This document shows positions 20,483 to 29,983 of a stretch of DNA of 64,000 nt, piece after piece (position 1 is the first letter of the stretch; each line of letters starts with the position of its first letter). The stretch lies in sequence record OM135583.1. The stretch is one strand, 5' to 3'. The notes under the pieces were generated by a model that had not been told where the DNA came from, did no database searches, and saw nothing but the letters and a program-made list of their open reading frames with translations. The position numbers were made by a program, and so were the translations under genes. The DNA is from Escherichia phage EP01.

Positions 20483-22579
20483 TTATCCTTGAACGAACTT
20501 GTAAGGCATGTTTGTAATATCTATGCAAGACGCAATAATTCCGAGAGATGATTCTGCTTTCTGTTTAACATTTGATGAAACAAATGATGCAAAGTCAACT
20601 CTGTCTTCTATTTCAATATCACCTGTCATTGCAACTACTTCACCGGTTTCCATTAGACGGTCACCGTCATAAATGACTGATTCGGTGAGTTCTTCCGTAG
20701 TCATAACTTCAGCTTGAATGAGTTTTGTGTTATTAGATGTTGTTCCGTCATTATTAGAAGCATCAGTTATTTTATTAACTTTGACCATCAATCCGCGTGG
20801 TAGAATTACTTCAGCTTCTGTTGCTATTCCGAGACTCCCTGGATATACAACATTAACTTTATGAGCTCCATCAATTGCCCATCCTATTTGAACTTTAACG
20901 TATTCAGGATTTTCTTTATACGCTCTTATTTCGTTCGGATTAATAGTTATTCCTTCTTCATTTTTATCAACTGTTAATTCATTACGAGCTTCTGGTTCTA
21001 AAAGACCGATACCAGCATGTGTAATTCCAAAACGTCCAAAAATGATAGGAGTTAAAGAAGTAGATACAAAATTTCTGAAATAGAACACTTTATTTTTAAC
21101 TAGTGCTTCGTATATAGGAGCAGTCATACTTTGAGCACGATAAACTGTAATGCCTTCTGGTATACGGTCACCATTTTCAAAAGCTGAATCTAAATTATTT
21201 ATCGCAGATTCAATTTCTTTTTCACTCATTACATCATATCGTTCTGGATTGTAGCGGCCTAAAAGAAGATTATTGATGTCAGTATATCCTGATCCACAAT
21301 ATTCTCTAATGCCGCGCTTTTGCGATGGAGTATATTTAGAACCATCACGTGCAATGGTAATATCAATCATTGGACCTGCACCAATTCCAGAAAAGCTGTA
21401 AATCATTCTTTTGAGGAATTTAGTTTTTGCTGCGTTCCAGGAATTTTTAGTTATTTCTTCCCAGACTTCATCTGGCTGTCCTTTACGGGTTTTATTATGT
21501 TTATCAAGCCAAGTATCTTTATATTCTTCAAAGAATTTATTAATAGCTGCTGCATACTTCTCTAAACATTTTATTGAAGTAGTTGGTTCATTTTTAATCG
21601 CATTAAGAATTACATCTTTAATTTTTTCAGAAACTTCATTAACCTCACTTTTTGAAAAGAATTTATAATCATAGTGAAGTTCATCTGCAGTTCCTTCGGC
21701 AATAATTTTTGCTGCTTTAGTTTTAGAAGCTAATGAATTAATTCCAAGTTTCATTTCTTCTGCTTCAGGAATTAAAGGAGCTGTAGCAGGTTTATTGAAA
21801 TTAGCTGCGGTAGATTCATACTTCTGAAATAATTCATTTTCAAATCTAGAAGATTCTAATGATTGACTTTGCGCAATTGCTCTACGGGAAATTTTAACTT
21901 TAACGATTACAGCTTGGTCAGAACGTTTATCATTTTCTTGCGCAATAGATGCTGCAATTGCCTCATTTTTAGTTACTTGGGCTCCAGTATCTTTATTGAT
22001 ATAAACATCGCCGACCTTCGATTCAACTTTAGTAAAGAGCTCGGTACTAATTTCCGGAACTCCTGGAATGTCTTCTAGTGATACATTTTTGCGATGTATA
22101 AGAATATATGCATACTTTTTATCGTAATCCCAGAGTTCCTTAAGAAGGACGTATCTGCCACCTGAACGACTACGGATAAGTCTATCAGCAATAACTTGAA
22201 TTTGTCGAGCTTGGCCAGCAGTTTTAGACTTAAGAATACGAAGCATGCAGGCATCAATTTTATACTGACGCATCGTTTGCATCGCAACAGTAAAAACTGA
22301 ATTGATGTAATTAATTGGGCTTGGACCGAGACCTTTCAATTTAGCAATTGAACCTTTAGCAGTTAATGTAAAAGGAACAATGTGCATCATTTTATCGCCC
22401 ATCTTTAGATCACGGTTAGTATCACCTCCAGATGTATAGGTACATAAACGAAAGCCTGGTTGTTCAATTGCGTCATCAACATGAACTGAAAAAATTTGCG
22501 GTATTTTCTTCTTTGGATTTAAGTTTGTAATCGGAAGAGTAGTATCTTCGTCAAATAATTCTGTAATGAGTTCCATCAT
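20483..22579 (-). CDS. alt: ADP-ribosyltransferase Alt (packaged, injected)
   Basis: 698 aa; ART triad TVYRAQS / FVSTS / EAEVILPRG; late promoter and SD upstream; position next to gene 30. Confidence 0.88.
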   Translation of the reverse strand: MMELITELFDEDTTLPITNLNPKKKIPQIFSVHVDDAIEQPGFRLCTYTSGGDTNRDLKMGDKMMHIVPFTLTAKGSIAKLKGLGPSPINYINSVFTVAMQTMRQYKIDACMLRILKSKTAGQARQIQVIADRLIRSRSGGRYVLLKELWDYDKKYAYILIHRKNVSLEDIPGVPEISTELFTKVESKVGDVYINKDTGAQVTKNEAIAASIAQENDKRSDQAVIVKVKISRRAIAQSQSLESSRFENELFQKYESTAANFNKPATAPLIPEAEEMKLGINSLASKTKAAKIIAEGTADELHYDYKFFSKSEVNEVSEKIKDVILNAIKNEPTTSIKCLEKYAAAINKFFEEYKDTWLDKHNKTRKGQPDEVWEEITKNSWNAAKTKFLKRMIYSFSGIGAGPMIDITIARDGSKYTPSQKRGIREYCGSGYTDINNLLLGRYNPERYDVMSEKEIESAINNLDSAFENGDRIPEGITVYRAQSMTAPIYEALVKNKVFYFRNFVSTSLTPIIFGRFGITHAGIGLLEPEARNELTVDKNEEGITINPNEIRAYKENPEYVKVQIGWAIDGAHKVNVVYPGSLGIATEAEVILPRGLMVKVNKITDASNNDGTTSNNTKLIQAEVMTTEELTESVIYDGDRLMETGEVVAMTGDIEIEDRVDFASFVSSNVKQKAESSLGIIASCIDITNMPYKFVQG

Positions 22580-22599
22580 ATCCTCTCTAGTGTTTATTC

Positions 22600-22607
22600 T
22601 ATTTATA
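22600..22607 (-). promoter_or_regulatory. late promoter TATAAATA (- strand) upstream of alt
   Basis: Reverse complement is an exact TATAAATA about 20 nt before the alt ATG. Confidence 0.55.
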
Positions 22608-22628
22608 AAATTAAAGGCCCGAAGGCCT

Positions 22629-22817
22629 TTAATAATCTAATGGTAAGAGAGTACGATATATTTCAAACTTTGGACCTTTTTCATAGGCATCAAATGTTTC
22701 TGTGAATTTATTATAAGCATATGCATCTACAAATTCGAGAATGACTTGTGATACAGAAGTAGAAACATCTCCACCTTCTTTTTGAGCAATGACAATTGTT
22801 TCTAAGTAAGCTTTCAT
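22629..22817 (-). CDS. hypothetical protein, 62 aa
   Basis: Small ORF overlapping the gene 30 stop by 4 nt. Confidence 0.5.
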   Translation of the reverse strand: MKAYLETIVIAQKEGGDVSTSVSQVILEFVDAYAYNKFTETFDAYEKGPKFEIYRTLLPLDY

Positions 22818-24277
22818 AGACCAGTTACCTCATGAAAATCACCAAATACATCCTCGAATGTATTAGCTTTAGTTTTATCTTCACGTAAACGAATCGCAAT
22901 CGGAAGAAATAATTTAACGTAATCAGTGCGGCCATCAGATTTTAACCAACCGTTGCATTCGCACTCTAGAATTTTTCCAATATAATAATTTTGGTTTTCC
23001 ATAATGCGAGTACGGTCAAGTTCATGTGATTTTACACCGGCTTTATCTTTTAAGCCTGAACCAGCATTTACTTTAATTTTTCCACATTCTGATTCAAGAA
23101 TAAATCCACCCGCTTTAGTAGGGTCTTTACGGTGAGGATAAATTCCTACAATTTTTAAATCAACATCAATTACTTCTTTAAATTTATAGAGATTTTTTGA
23201 ACGAGCATTTTCCCACAATCCATCGGTATTTTTGAGAATAATACCTTCAAGACCTTGGTCAATATATTTTTTATAAATTACCTTAGCTTCATCTAGGTTA
23301 TTTACTACCTGGTTTTCAATTAAAATTACTTTATCATATACTGATGTCATTTGTTCTAGTTTAGAAAAACGTACATCATATTTTAAACGAAACGCCGGAA
23401 GACCGTATATTTCTACCAACGGGACATAATCCCAGACCTGAAACTTCATGCATTGAGCTTCTTTTTCAGAAATGGTTCCTTTTAAGGATTTATTGGCGAT
23501 TCCATTAGAAGTAGTACGAGATTCCGCTACTTCGGCGAATTCATTAGCTTTACTAATTTCAGGATAAGCATCAAAAAGAAAATCTAGGCCTTCTGGTTCC
23601 TTTTTAACTTGCTCATGGTATACCAATTCACCATCGATTAACACACCTTCTGGATGAATCTGGCGGGCTTCAGCAGTCATTTTGATTAACTCTTCCTTAA
23701 GAAGATCTAATCCTAGATATTCATTACCAGCTCGTGATAAAAGACGAACATCATCTAATTCATCTCCTCGGACTTCAGCAAAACACCGAGCTCCATCTGC
23801 TTTTAACTGCGCAAAAGCTGGAAACTTGATATTCTTACTAATGCCTTTTTCATCATAAGAACTTGCCAGCATTTGAGGTTGTTCAGGAATTAAACCTGGC
23901 CAAACTTTGTTTGCAATAGATACTGAAGCACCGCATTCAAGGTCTCGCATCATCACTCGACGTAAAACTTCAACATCATCCTTTTTACCATCAGTGATAT
24001 ATCCAGTTAATTCCTCAATTGCTGCATTTCCAGTCAATTTCCGAGTAGCTAACGTGAATTCAATGAAGTCAAGCATATCGGTAATAGTCAGCATTCCAAA
24101 ACTCTGGGTAGCAATACCAGGTTTAGGCCATTTCTTGATATAATACTGTAACCCACGAGAATAAGTCAGACGATATACTCGTTTAAGCAATTCATTATTT
24201 TTATTCTTTTCAAGAATTGCTTGCTTCTGTTTAGTTGATCCAATAGATGCTATTTCATTCAGAATTTTAAGAATCAT
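22814..24277 (-). CDS. 30: ATP-dependent DNA ligase gp30
   Basis: 487 aa; adenylation motif KADGAR; recognised T4 ligase N-terminus. Confidence 0.95.
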   Translation of the reverse strand: MILKILNEIASIGSTKQKQAILEKNKNNELLKRVYRLTYSRGLQYYIKKWPKPGIATQSFGMLTITDMLDFIEFTLATRKLTGNAAIEELTGYITDGKKDDVEVLRRVMMRDLECGASVSIANKVWPGLIPEQPQMLASSYDEKGISKNIKFPAFAQLKADGARCFAEVRGDELDDVRLLSRAGNEYLGLDLLKEELIKMTAEARQIHPEGVLIDGELVYHEQVKKEPEGLDFLFDAYPEISKANEFAEVAESRTTSNGIANKSLKGTISEKEAQCMKFQVWDYVPLVEIYGLPAFRLKYDVRFSKLEQMTSVYDKVILIENQVVNNLDEAKVIYKKYIDQGLEGIILKNTDGLWENARSKNLYKFKEVIDVDLKIVGIYPHRKDPTKAGGFILESECGKIKVNAGSGLKDKAGVKSHELDRTRIMENQNYYIGKILECECNGWLKSDGRTDYVKLFLPIAIRLREDKTKANTFEDVFGDFHEVTGL

Positions 24278-24543
24278 TGTTCATCCTTCAGAGTTTGATT
24301 TACATCTCTATTATAAATCAATTCATCATTAAGCTCAGGCAAAGACTTATGATATGTCGTTCTAACTTTATTTCCTTGCATCCAGTGCTTGACGTAAATG
24401 AAACCTTGCTCTACACATTTTTTAAAAATTCGTTCATCCTTTTGAGCACGGAACTCTGGATTGCATCTAAAAAATTGATTTACGTGACCATAATCACGTG
24501 TAGTATTACCTTCATTTTCATAAATAGTATGAACAACAAACAT
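24274..24543 (-). CDS. hypothetical protein, 89 aa (30.x region)
   Basis: ORF, translationally coupled. Confidence 0.55.
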   Translation of the reverse strand: MFVVHTIYENEGNTTRDYGHVNQFFRCNPEFRAQKDERIFKKCVEQGFIYVKHWMQGNKVRTTYHKSLPELNDELIYNRDVNQTLKDEQ

Positions 24544-25382
24544 TAGAATGCTCCTTGAAAAATATTATCACCACTAGTAGGTCTATTATACAAATACTCT
24601 ATGCCACCAGGTTTAATATAGTTCCATGTCTGAAACGGATGTGTCTGATATGGATGATATAGATGATTATAAGGATTTAATCCAGGCGTTCTCCAGGTAG
24701 TGTTCCAAGGAAAAGAATCGTTTTTAACCATCTTCTCAATTAAATCTTTTATAGCTTTTTCACTATCAAAACTTTCTTTATTTTCCTTCGGCGAAAAAAG
24801 CTTATTTTCTACATCATTCCATGTATAAACTCGCTGCGCAGTTTTTGGAATATTGTCACGCTCTCCTCGAGCCATCCAATAAACTGGAACATTTAATATT
24901 TCACTCGCATGATCGCAGTGATGAGCGAGATCGTCAATATAACAAATTACGTTATATTTCTCTTTTGCCTTTTTGAACAGCTCTTCTTTTGAAGAATCAT
25001 GACCACACATCATTACTTCTGAGAAGGCACCAGGAAAAAGAGCGTTCAAATTAAATTGACGATTCAACAGAGCGTCAATAGAATCACCCAATGCTGTAAC
25101 AGCTACAAAATTATAATCTTCTTTTAATTTGTTAATTACACACAGGGCATCTTTATACGGAGACAAGTAACGAATAAAATCTGAACGATTGTATTTTTCA
25201 ATTAACTTGACGCCAAGTTCTTCGTCACAATTAAAGAGTTTACCTGGAGAAATAAATTTCTCATCTTGGATCATTTTTAAAATATGTTCTAATGGAAGAT
25301 TATATTTCTGAGCAAAATAAGGAAGGCCTGATTGCCAGCTTAAACATACTCCATCAATATCAGTCAAAATAGTTGGCTTCAT
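24543..25382 (-). CDS. HAD-like hydrolase-domain protein (30.x region)
   Basis: 279 aa; N-terminal DxDG motif ILTDIDGV. Confidence 0.6.
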   Translation of the reverse strand: MKPTILTDIDGVCLSWQSGLPYFAQKYNLPLEHILKMIQDEKFISPGKLFNCDEELGVKLIEKYNRSDFIRYLSPYKDALCVINKLKEDYNFVAVTALGDSIDALLNRQFNLNALFPGAFSEVMMCGHDSSKEELFKKAKEKYNVICYIDDLAHHCDHASEILNVPVYWMARGERDNIPKTAQRVYTWNDVENKLFSPKENKESFDSEKAIKDLIEKMVKNDSFPWNTTWRTPGLNPYNHLYHPYQTHPFQTWNYIKPGGIEYLYNRPTSGDNIFQGAF

Positions 25383-25843
25383 AGAGAGTCTCTTAATAGG
25401 TTTAACACATCAATAAATTCAGCTTCGGTTAGTATTGTATCATCTTTTGTTAGACCATTAGCCATGCTGTGCTTCAAAACTTTTCCTTTCGAGGCTTGTA
25501 ATGCATCACGAAAACCCCTGTTTTGGATCGCTGCTTCAAAATATGCATTTGTGTATAATTCTTTCCATGCTTCGGAATATCTTGAAAACGGAGTTCCAAG
25601 CCAGAACAACGTGCCACGGTCCTGAGCTCTAGCATAAGACCTTCCAGCTTGTTGGGCGGCAAGCCCGGATAACCCAAATATACGTCTTTGCTGTTCAACA
25701 TTTTTCACCTTACATCCTTGGAGGAATCCTTCGAGACCTCCAAATTGGATACCATCCATAACGAAAGGCCATTGGGCGAAATTGCTTAATGCACATGATG
25801 GCCATCTAAAATTGCTTCTTATCTCTAGCTCAGACATTTTCAA
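25379..25843 (-). CDS. NADAR / YbiA-like (DUF1768) protein (30.x region)
   Basis: 154 aa; motifs LSNFAQWP and EGFLQGCK resemble the YbiA/NADAR family from memory; unverified. Confidence 0.5.
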   Translation of the reverse strand: MKMSELEIRSNFRWPSCALSNFAQWPFVMDGIQFGGLEGFLQGCKVKNVEQQRRIFGLSGLAAQQAGRSYARAQDRGTLFWLGTPFSRYSEAWKELYTNAYFEAAIQNRGFRDALQASKGKVLKHSMANGLTKDDTILTEAEFIDVLNLLRDSL

Positions 25844-26036
25844 TACTTATAATTTCAACATCAGCCCAATGACCATAGCAAGGAAGACGAAATTCAACTG
25901 GCCAGTTAGGGTCCTTTTCTAATATAATAGACTGAACTTGTGGCTCTTCATATTCATCGGTATACGGACCTTTATACGTTACTTTATATGTGACCTTAAT
26001 GTACTGAATTCCAAAAATCTTATTAATTATATTCAT
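25830..26036 (-). CDS. hypothetical protein, 68 aa
   Basis: ORF in 30.x early block. Confidence 0.5.
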   Translation of the reverse strand: MNIINKIFGIQYIKVTYKVTYKGPYTDEYEEPQVQSIILEKDPNWPVEFRLPCYGHWADVEIISIENV

Positions 26037-26230
26037 ACTAATTCCTTTAATCCGTAAATAGGAGATAATTCATCACCCATACGAAGGTCTTCATTTCCAT
26101 CTACCCAAGAAACAATATAAGCTTCTTTTATTTGAACGTCTCTCCATTTAAATGCAGGCAAAACCTTAGAAATTAATCCAGGTATACCGACTCCCTTTAA
26201 TTCAACAGTTTGACCTAAAAAGAATTTCAT
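26033..26230 (-). CDS. hypothetical protein, 65 aa
   Basis: ORF in 30.x early block. Confidence 0.5.
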   Translation of the reverse strand: MKFFLGQTVELKGVGIPGLISKVLPAFKWRDVQIKEAYIVSWVDGNEDLRMGDELSPIYGLKELV

Positions 26231-26517
26231 TAGAACCTCATCTGAAAACCGTGCGATTTAACATTACCGCCGTCAATATCAGAAATGTTAATTTCACGCG
26301 CAATTGAAGGGTCAATGTCAATTTCACGATTGAGTTTAGCGATAGCTAGAGTATCACGCCCATTTACAGTACGGAACTCTAAAGGGCAGACTGTATTAAC
26401 ATAGTTTTTAATCGATTCACTGGTAGGCTGCAAATGAGCAGGAAGGTCTTTAGGTGCCTTAGAGAAAACCACTTCACAGAAATTTTTGCGGGTATCAAAA
26501 TAAGTAGTCATAAACAT
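26230..26517 (-). CDS. hypothetical protein, 95 aa
   Basis: ATG at 26517 with GAGGA SD; the track's longer start would cover the upstream hairpin. Confidence 0.55.
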   Translation of the reverse strand: MFMTTYFDTRKNFCEVVFSKAPKDLPAHLQPTSESIKNYVNTVCPLEFRTVNGRDTLAIAKLNREIDIDPSIAREINISDIDGGNVKSHGFQMRF

Positions 26518-26557
26518 AGTATTTTCCTCAGTAAGGGGCCGAAGCCCCTGTTTTATT

Positions 26558-26926
26558 TTAAATATCAAATTCGTTAAGAACTACATCAAAGATTGCTTCA
26601 AGATGCTCAGGTTTAGCTCTGTTACTCAGAATATGACGAATCCAAGTTTTAACCAGAAGCTTACGATTGACGCCATTCCAGCAAGGATGAGTCCCTAAAT
26701 CGCGTTGACGGAAATCATCATCTAATGCGATTTTGAAAGAAGAACCTTCTTTCGTGATTGAAACCGTGATGCCGCCATTTTCAAATCGCATATAAACGTA
26801 GTTAGGAGTCATATACTGTTCAATTTCGCATACTGATCCATTTTGATGTTTCCAAAGGCAGATAGTATCAATAGAACCTGCAATACCGTTAGAAACATAT
26901 TTACGTTCAAAGTTGATGTAGTTCAT
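26558..26926 (-). CDS. hypothetical protein, 122 aa
   Basis: ATG at 26926 with GGAG SD; track start is TTG. Confidence 0.55.
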   Translation of the reverse strand: MNYINFERKYVSNGIAGSIDTICLWKHQNGSVCEIEQYMTPNYVYMRFENGGITVSITKEGSSFKIALDDDFRQRDLGTHPCWNGVNRKLLVKTWIRHILSNRAKPEHLEAIFDVVLNEFDI

Positions 26927-26962
26927 TTTATTCTCCAAGGTGTTTAATTGCGGTACAGGTAT

Positions 26963-26991
26963 ATAATATCATATCCTGTACCAAAGTAAAC
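26963..26991 (-). promoter_or_regulatory. T4-type early promoter
   Basis: GTTTAC, 17-nt spacer, TATTAT on the - strand; -10 lies inside an 8-bp inverted repeat. Confidence 0.55.
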
Positions 26992-26993
26992 AA

Positions 26994-27326
26994 TTATTTT
27001 ACTACTTTCCAATGCTTCATGTCAAGTTTACCAACTTTTTTCATCTTCTCAATTAAGCGTTCGGCACGTTGGCGAGCTGTAACATAATACCATTCACCCA
27101 ATTCATTTTGTTCAATTTTTCCAACGATTACTGTATTCAATTCATAAATCCAACCAGTAAAGAAATTATGAACTTGAATTGTAAAGGTGAAATCTGTTCC
27201 CATACCTTCTGTTGTTTCTACTTCAATAATATCACCTTCAACTGCCATTAAGAACCACATAGTTTCGTTATATTCACCATTGAAACATTTAGCTTTAACC
27301 GCAGCGTTCAGATTAATCGTTTTCAT
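26994..27326 (-). CDS. hypothetical protein, 110 aa
   Basis: ORF behind an early promoter. Confidence 0.55.
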   Translation of the reverse strand: MKTINLNAAVKAKCFNGEYNETMWFLMAVEGDIIEVETTEGMGTDFTFTIQVHNFFTGWIYELNTVIVGKIEQNELGEWYYVTARQRAERLIEKMKKVGKLDMKHWKVVK

Positions 27327-27353
27327 TTTATTCTCCTTTGTTTGTGTAAGATA

Positions 27354-27383
27354 ATACTATCACAAAGGAACTATACTGTAAAC
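27354..27383 (-). promoter_or_regulatory. candidate early promoter
   Basis: GTTTAC -35 with a weaker -10 (TAGTAT), directly downstream of a terminator. Confidence 0.45.
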
Positions 27384-27404
27384 AACTTTGTGCAATCTTT
27401 GGAA

Positions 27405-27431
27405 AATAAAAAAGGACTCCCGAAGGAGTCC
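27405..27431 (-). terminator. rho-independent terminator (- strand)
   Basis: GGACUCC-UUCG-GGAGUCC hairpin followed by a U-run. Confidence 0.7.
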
Positions 27432-27436
27432 TTAAC

Positions 27437-27613
27437 TTATGCTTTCTGCTTACCAAAACGAGAAGCATCATCTCGAAGAACCGCACGTGCTCGGCGCATG
27501 ATCTTCTCAACAGTTTGATTGATACGAGAGTTCGACCCACGCTTGTAACCAGCGCGTTTAGAATCACCAACTTTCTTTTCAACTGCTTTCTTTGCTTTAG
27601 CTTGTTTTGCCAT
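27437..27613 (-). CDS. small basic protein, 58 aa (T4 30.9 position)
   Basis: Lys/Arg-rich ORF from ATG 27613; followed by a - strand terminator. Confidence 0.5.
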   Translation of the reverse strand: MAKQAKAKKAVEKKVGDSKRAGYKRGSNSRINQTVEKIMRRARAVLRDDASRFGKQKA

Positions 27614-27733
27614 TATAAATTCTCTTTTAAATGAAAATGCAGGACTTATTGGCATTGCCTGCGAAAGCCCTCAAAGGGGTACTTAGGTTTTGAATATTTA
27701 CCGACAGGATAACCATAAACCTCGTCAACATAA

Positions 27734-27982
27734 TTACTTCAGTGTTACCACAAAGTGACGAACTGCTTTTCGTGCAGCAGAAGCCAGAGGCTTAGCATAT
27801 TTAAGTTCATCTTTTTCCTGGAGCTCAGCAGCTAGTGCAGTTTGAGCAGGATTCAGATGTTTGAAATAACGCAGGATTTCAAGAGCTTCGGCTTCAACAT
27901 CAATAGATGCGCCATAGTTTTCGTGACCATTATTCCATGCGTTTCGTTGCAGTTCGAGAGCGTGTTGTAATTGTTTAATCAT
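27734..27982 (-). CDS. rIII: rIII lysis-inhibition accessory protein
   Basis: 82 aa, immediately downstream of gene 31 as in T4. Confidence 0.75.
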   Translation of the reverse strand: MIKQLQHALELQRNAWNNGHENYGASIDVEAEALEILRYFKHLNPAQTALAAELQEKDELKYAKPLASAARKAVRHFVVTLK

Positions 27983-28129
27983 TTAAAAATTCTCGTTAGA
28001 GATTAAAACTCGGTAGCCACGTTCTTCTGAATTTCATCTTCTTTCGACAGATCTCTCAGTTGTAGACTACCACATAGAATTGTTCGGTTAACTTATTATT
28101 CCGACACCCAATTCATATTATTATTTATA

Positions 28130-28465
28130 TCACTTATAAAGACACGGAATAGCTTTATAGTGACAGGTAACGAATTTTTGTTTAATTTCTTTTGGCTGCT
28201 TAAGACCCAGAGCTACAAAAGGATGCGGAACGTTTCGAATTTGACCAACTGGAAGAGAAGTCAAATCACCAACTTCACAGAAACCTTCAGGAACATCAGG
28301 ACCAACAGAGTGAACTACACACAGTTCAGGAACTTCACCTTGAACACGTTTACCGATGATAAGTCCTGATTCTGTGACTTCTTCATCACCGGCTTGCGCA
28401 GGTTCAGAAACTAAAATAACATATTCACCGACAGCATGAATTGGTAGCTGTTGTACTTCAGACAT
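28130..28465 (-). CDS. 31: co-chaperonin gp31 (GroES analogue)
   Basis: 111 aa, recognised gp31 sequence (MSEVQQLPI...AIPCLYK). Confidence 0.95.
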   Translation of the reverse strand: MSEVQQLPIHAVGEYVILVSEPAQAGDEEVTESGLIIGKRVQGEVPELCVVHSVGPDVPEGFCEVGDLTSLPVGQIRNVPHPFVALGLKQPKEIKQKFVTCHYKAIPCLYK

Positions 28466-28521
28466 CGTTTTTCCTTTTTGTTAACAGATGAATTAATAAT
28501 AACAAATAATTCTTAAAGCAT

Positions 28522-28830
28522 TTATTTACCAATAAATTGAAGCAAATGCTCAACTTTCATACCATTAACGGAAATCAATTTGTCAATAGAAAAACCTCGC
28601 CATGCGCCGAGTTCAACATCAAATACTGGAATCATATCAGTAGATTCTTTCCGAGTAGATTCAGTCAATTTACCGGTTTGCATGGTTGGCATAAAGTCTG
28701 CATCACGAGTACCTTTCATAGTACGAATAGTACCATCAGACTTTTCAAAAACCACGTTTGAAATACCCATGGACAATTTAGTTTTCAAAATTTCACGAAT
28801 TGCTACTTTTTGTTCAGTCGTCAGTTTCAT
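28522..28830 (-). CDS. hypothetical protein (31.1 position)
   Basis: 102-aa ORF. Confidence 0.55.
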   Translation of the reverse strand: MKLTTEQKVAIREILKTKLSMGISNVVFEKSDGTIRTMKGTRDADFMPTMQTGKLTESTRKESTDMIPVFDVELGAWRGFSIDKLISVNGMKVEHLLQFIGK

Positions 28831-29067
28831 TTATTTACCTATCACAGTTTTAATATGGGTTGTTCCACGTTCTTTAAGTGTGGAAAGCAGTTTTTTGCAT
28901 TTTTCTAAATCAGATTTCCAACTATATGGATTATCAATACAAACCCAGTTTGACTTATAATACTGCTTCCATTTAGAGAAAAAATATTTCTTATACTCTA
29001 CAGCAAATGAAATGTTCTCATTAGAATAAGAACTAATTGCTGTGAGTTGTACCAAACGAAATTTCAT
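28831..29067 (-). CDS. hypothetical protein (31.2 position)
   Basis: 78-aa ORF. Confidence 0.5.
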   Translation of the reverse strand: MKFRLVQLTAISSYSNENISFAVEYKKYFFSKWKQYYKSNWVCIDNPYSWKSDLEKCKKLLSTLKERGTTHIKTVIGK

Positions 29068-29648
29068 TATTCACCGCAGAATTCGTTGATATTTTCCCAG
29101 TTTAACTTATTCAAGTTTTTCTTAGGAACATTAAACACTTCAATACCTGCATTTCGCAGAATATCATCCCAGCCAGGTTTATTTTTATCGTATGTTTCGC
29201 AATAAACCAGCTTTTTAATACCAGATTGAGCTATCGCTTTTGCACAATCTGGGCAAGGAGAAAGTGTTACATACATAGTAGCACCTTCAATTGAAGAACC
29301 GTTTCGTGCAGCAAACAAAATCGCATTTAGTTCAGCATGAATTTCATTTTTAGACGACCATTCAGAGTGAGCGCTGCGGTGTTCTTTCGCCAAAACAAAA
29401 CGATCAGTTGAACCAAATGATGCACATTCGGGCTTATGACCTTGAATGATAGTTTGTTTAGGCTTATTCAGCAACCAACCTTGCTCGGCAGCATAATCGC
29501 AGCAATTCACACCACCTGCCGGAGAACCGTTATATCCGGTAGAAATAATACGTCCATTCTTTTCAATTACTGCTCCTACCTTCCAGGAGCAACATTTGGA
29601 TTCTTGTGATACTAAATATGCAATTTGAAGTACTGTACTCGCTTTCAT
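29067..29648 (-). CDS. cd: dCMP deaminase
   Basis: 193 aa; zinc motifs HAELNAI and PCPDCAKAI. Confidence 0.92.
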   Translation of the reverse strand: MKASTVLQIAYLVSQESKCCSWKVGAVIEKNGRIISTGYNGSPAGGVNCCDYAAEQGWLLNKPKQTIIQGHKPECASFGSTDRFVLAKEHRSAHSEWSSKNEIHAELNAILFAARNGSSIEGATMYVTLSPCPDCAKAIAQSGIKKLVYCETYDKNKPGWDDILRNAGIEVFNVPKKNLNKLNWENINEFCGE

Positions 29649-29983
29649 TTCATAATCACCAGATAAGCAGATTTAGCAGTTTCAACACGATAAATTTCGT
29701 GACGAAGTTTAGTTATACTTTTAATAACAGAACTAATTATATTCTGCCCATCTTTAAAGCGGTTTTTCTTATCAATAAAAATTGCACCAGCCATCTTTTT
29801 GTGAAGCTCAACTGGATACTTCGTCACAATAATAGCATCATACACAGAAGGATGAATACTATTCACTAGAGTATCATTCATTAAAGTTATTCTAATGAAC
29901 TGTGCTGTTTCAGAGTCAAGCGCTCTATGATCGCCAGTATCATTTTCAAGACAATTATCAATTATATCAGTTAAATTCATCAT
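29645..29983 (-). CDS. hypothetical protein (cd.1 position)
   Basis: 112-aa ORF. Confidence 0.55.
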   Translation of the reverse strand: MMNLTDIIDNCLENDTGDHRALDSETAQFIRITLMNDTLVNSIHPSVYDAIIVTKYPVELHKKMAGAIFIDKKNRFKDGQNIISSVIKSITKLRHEIYRVETAKSAYLVIMK

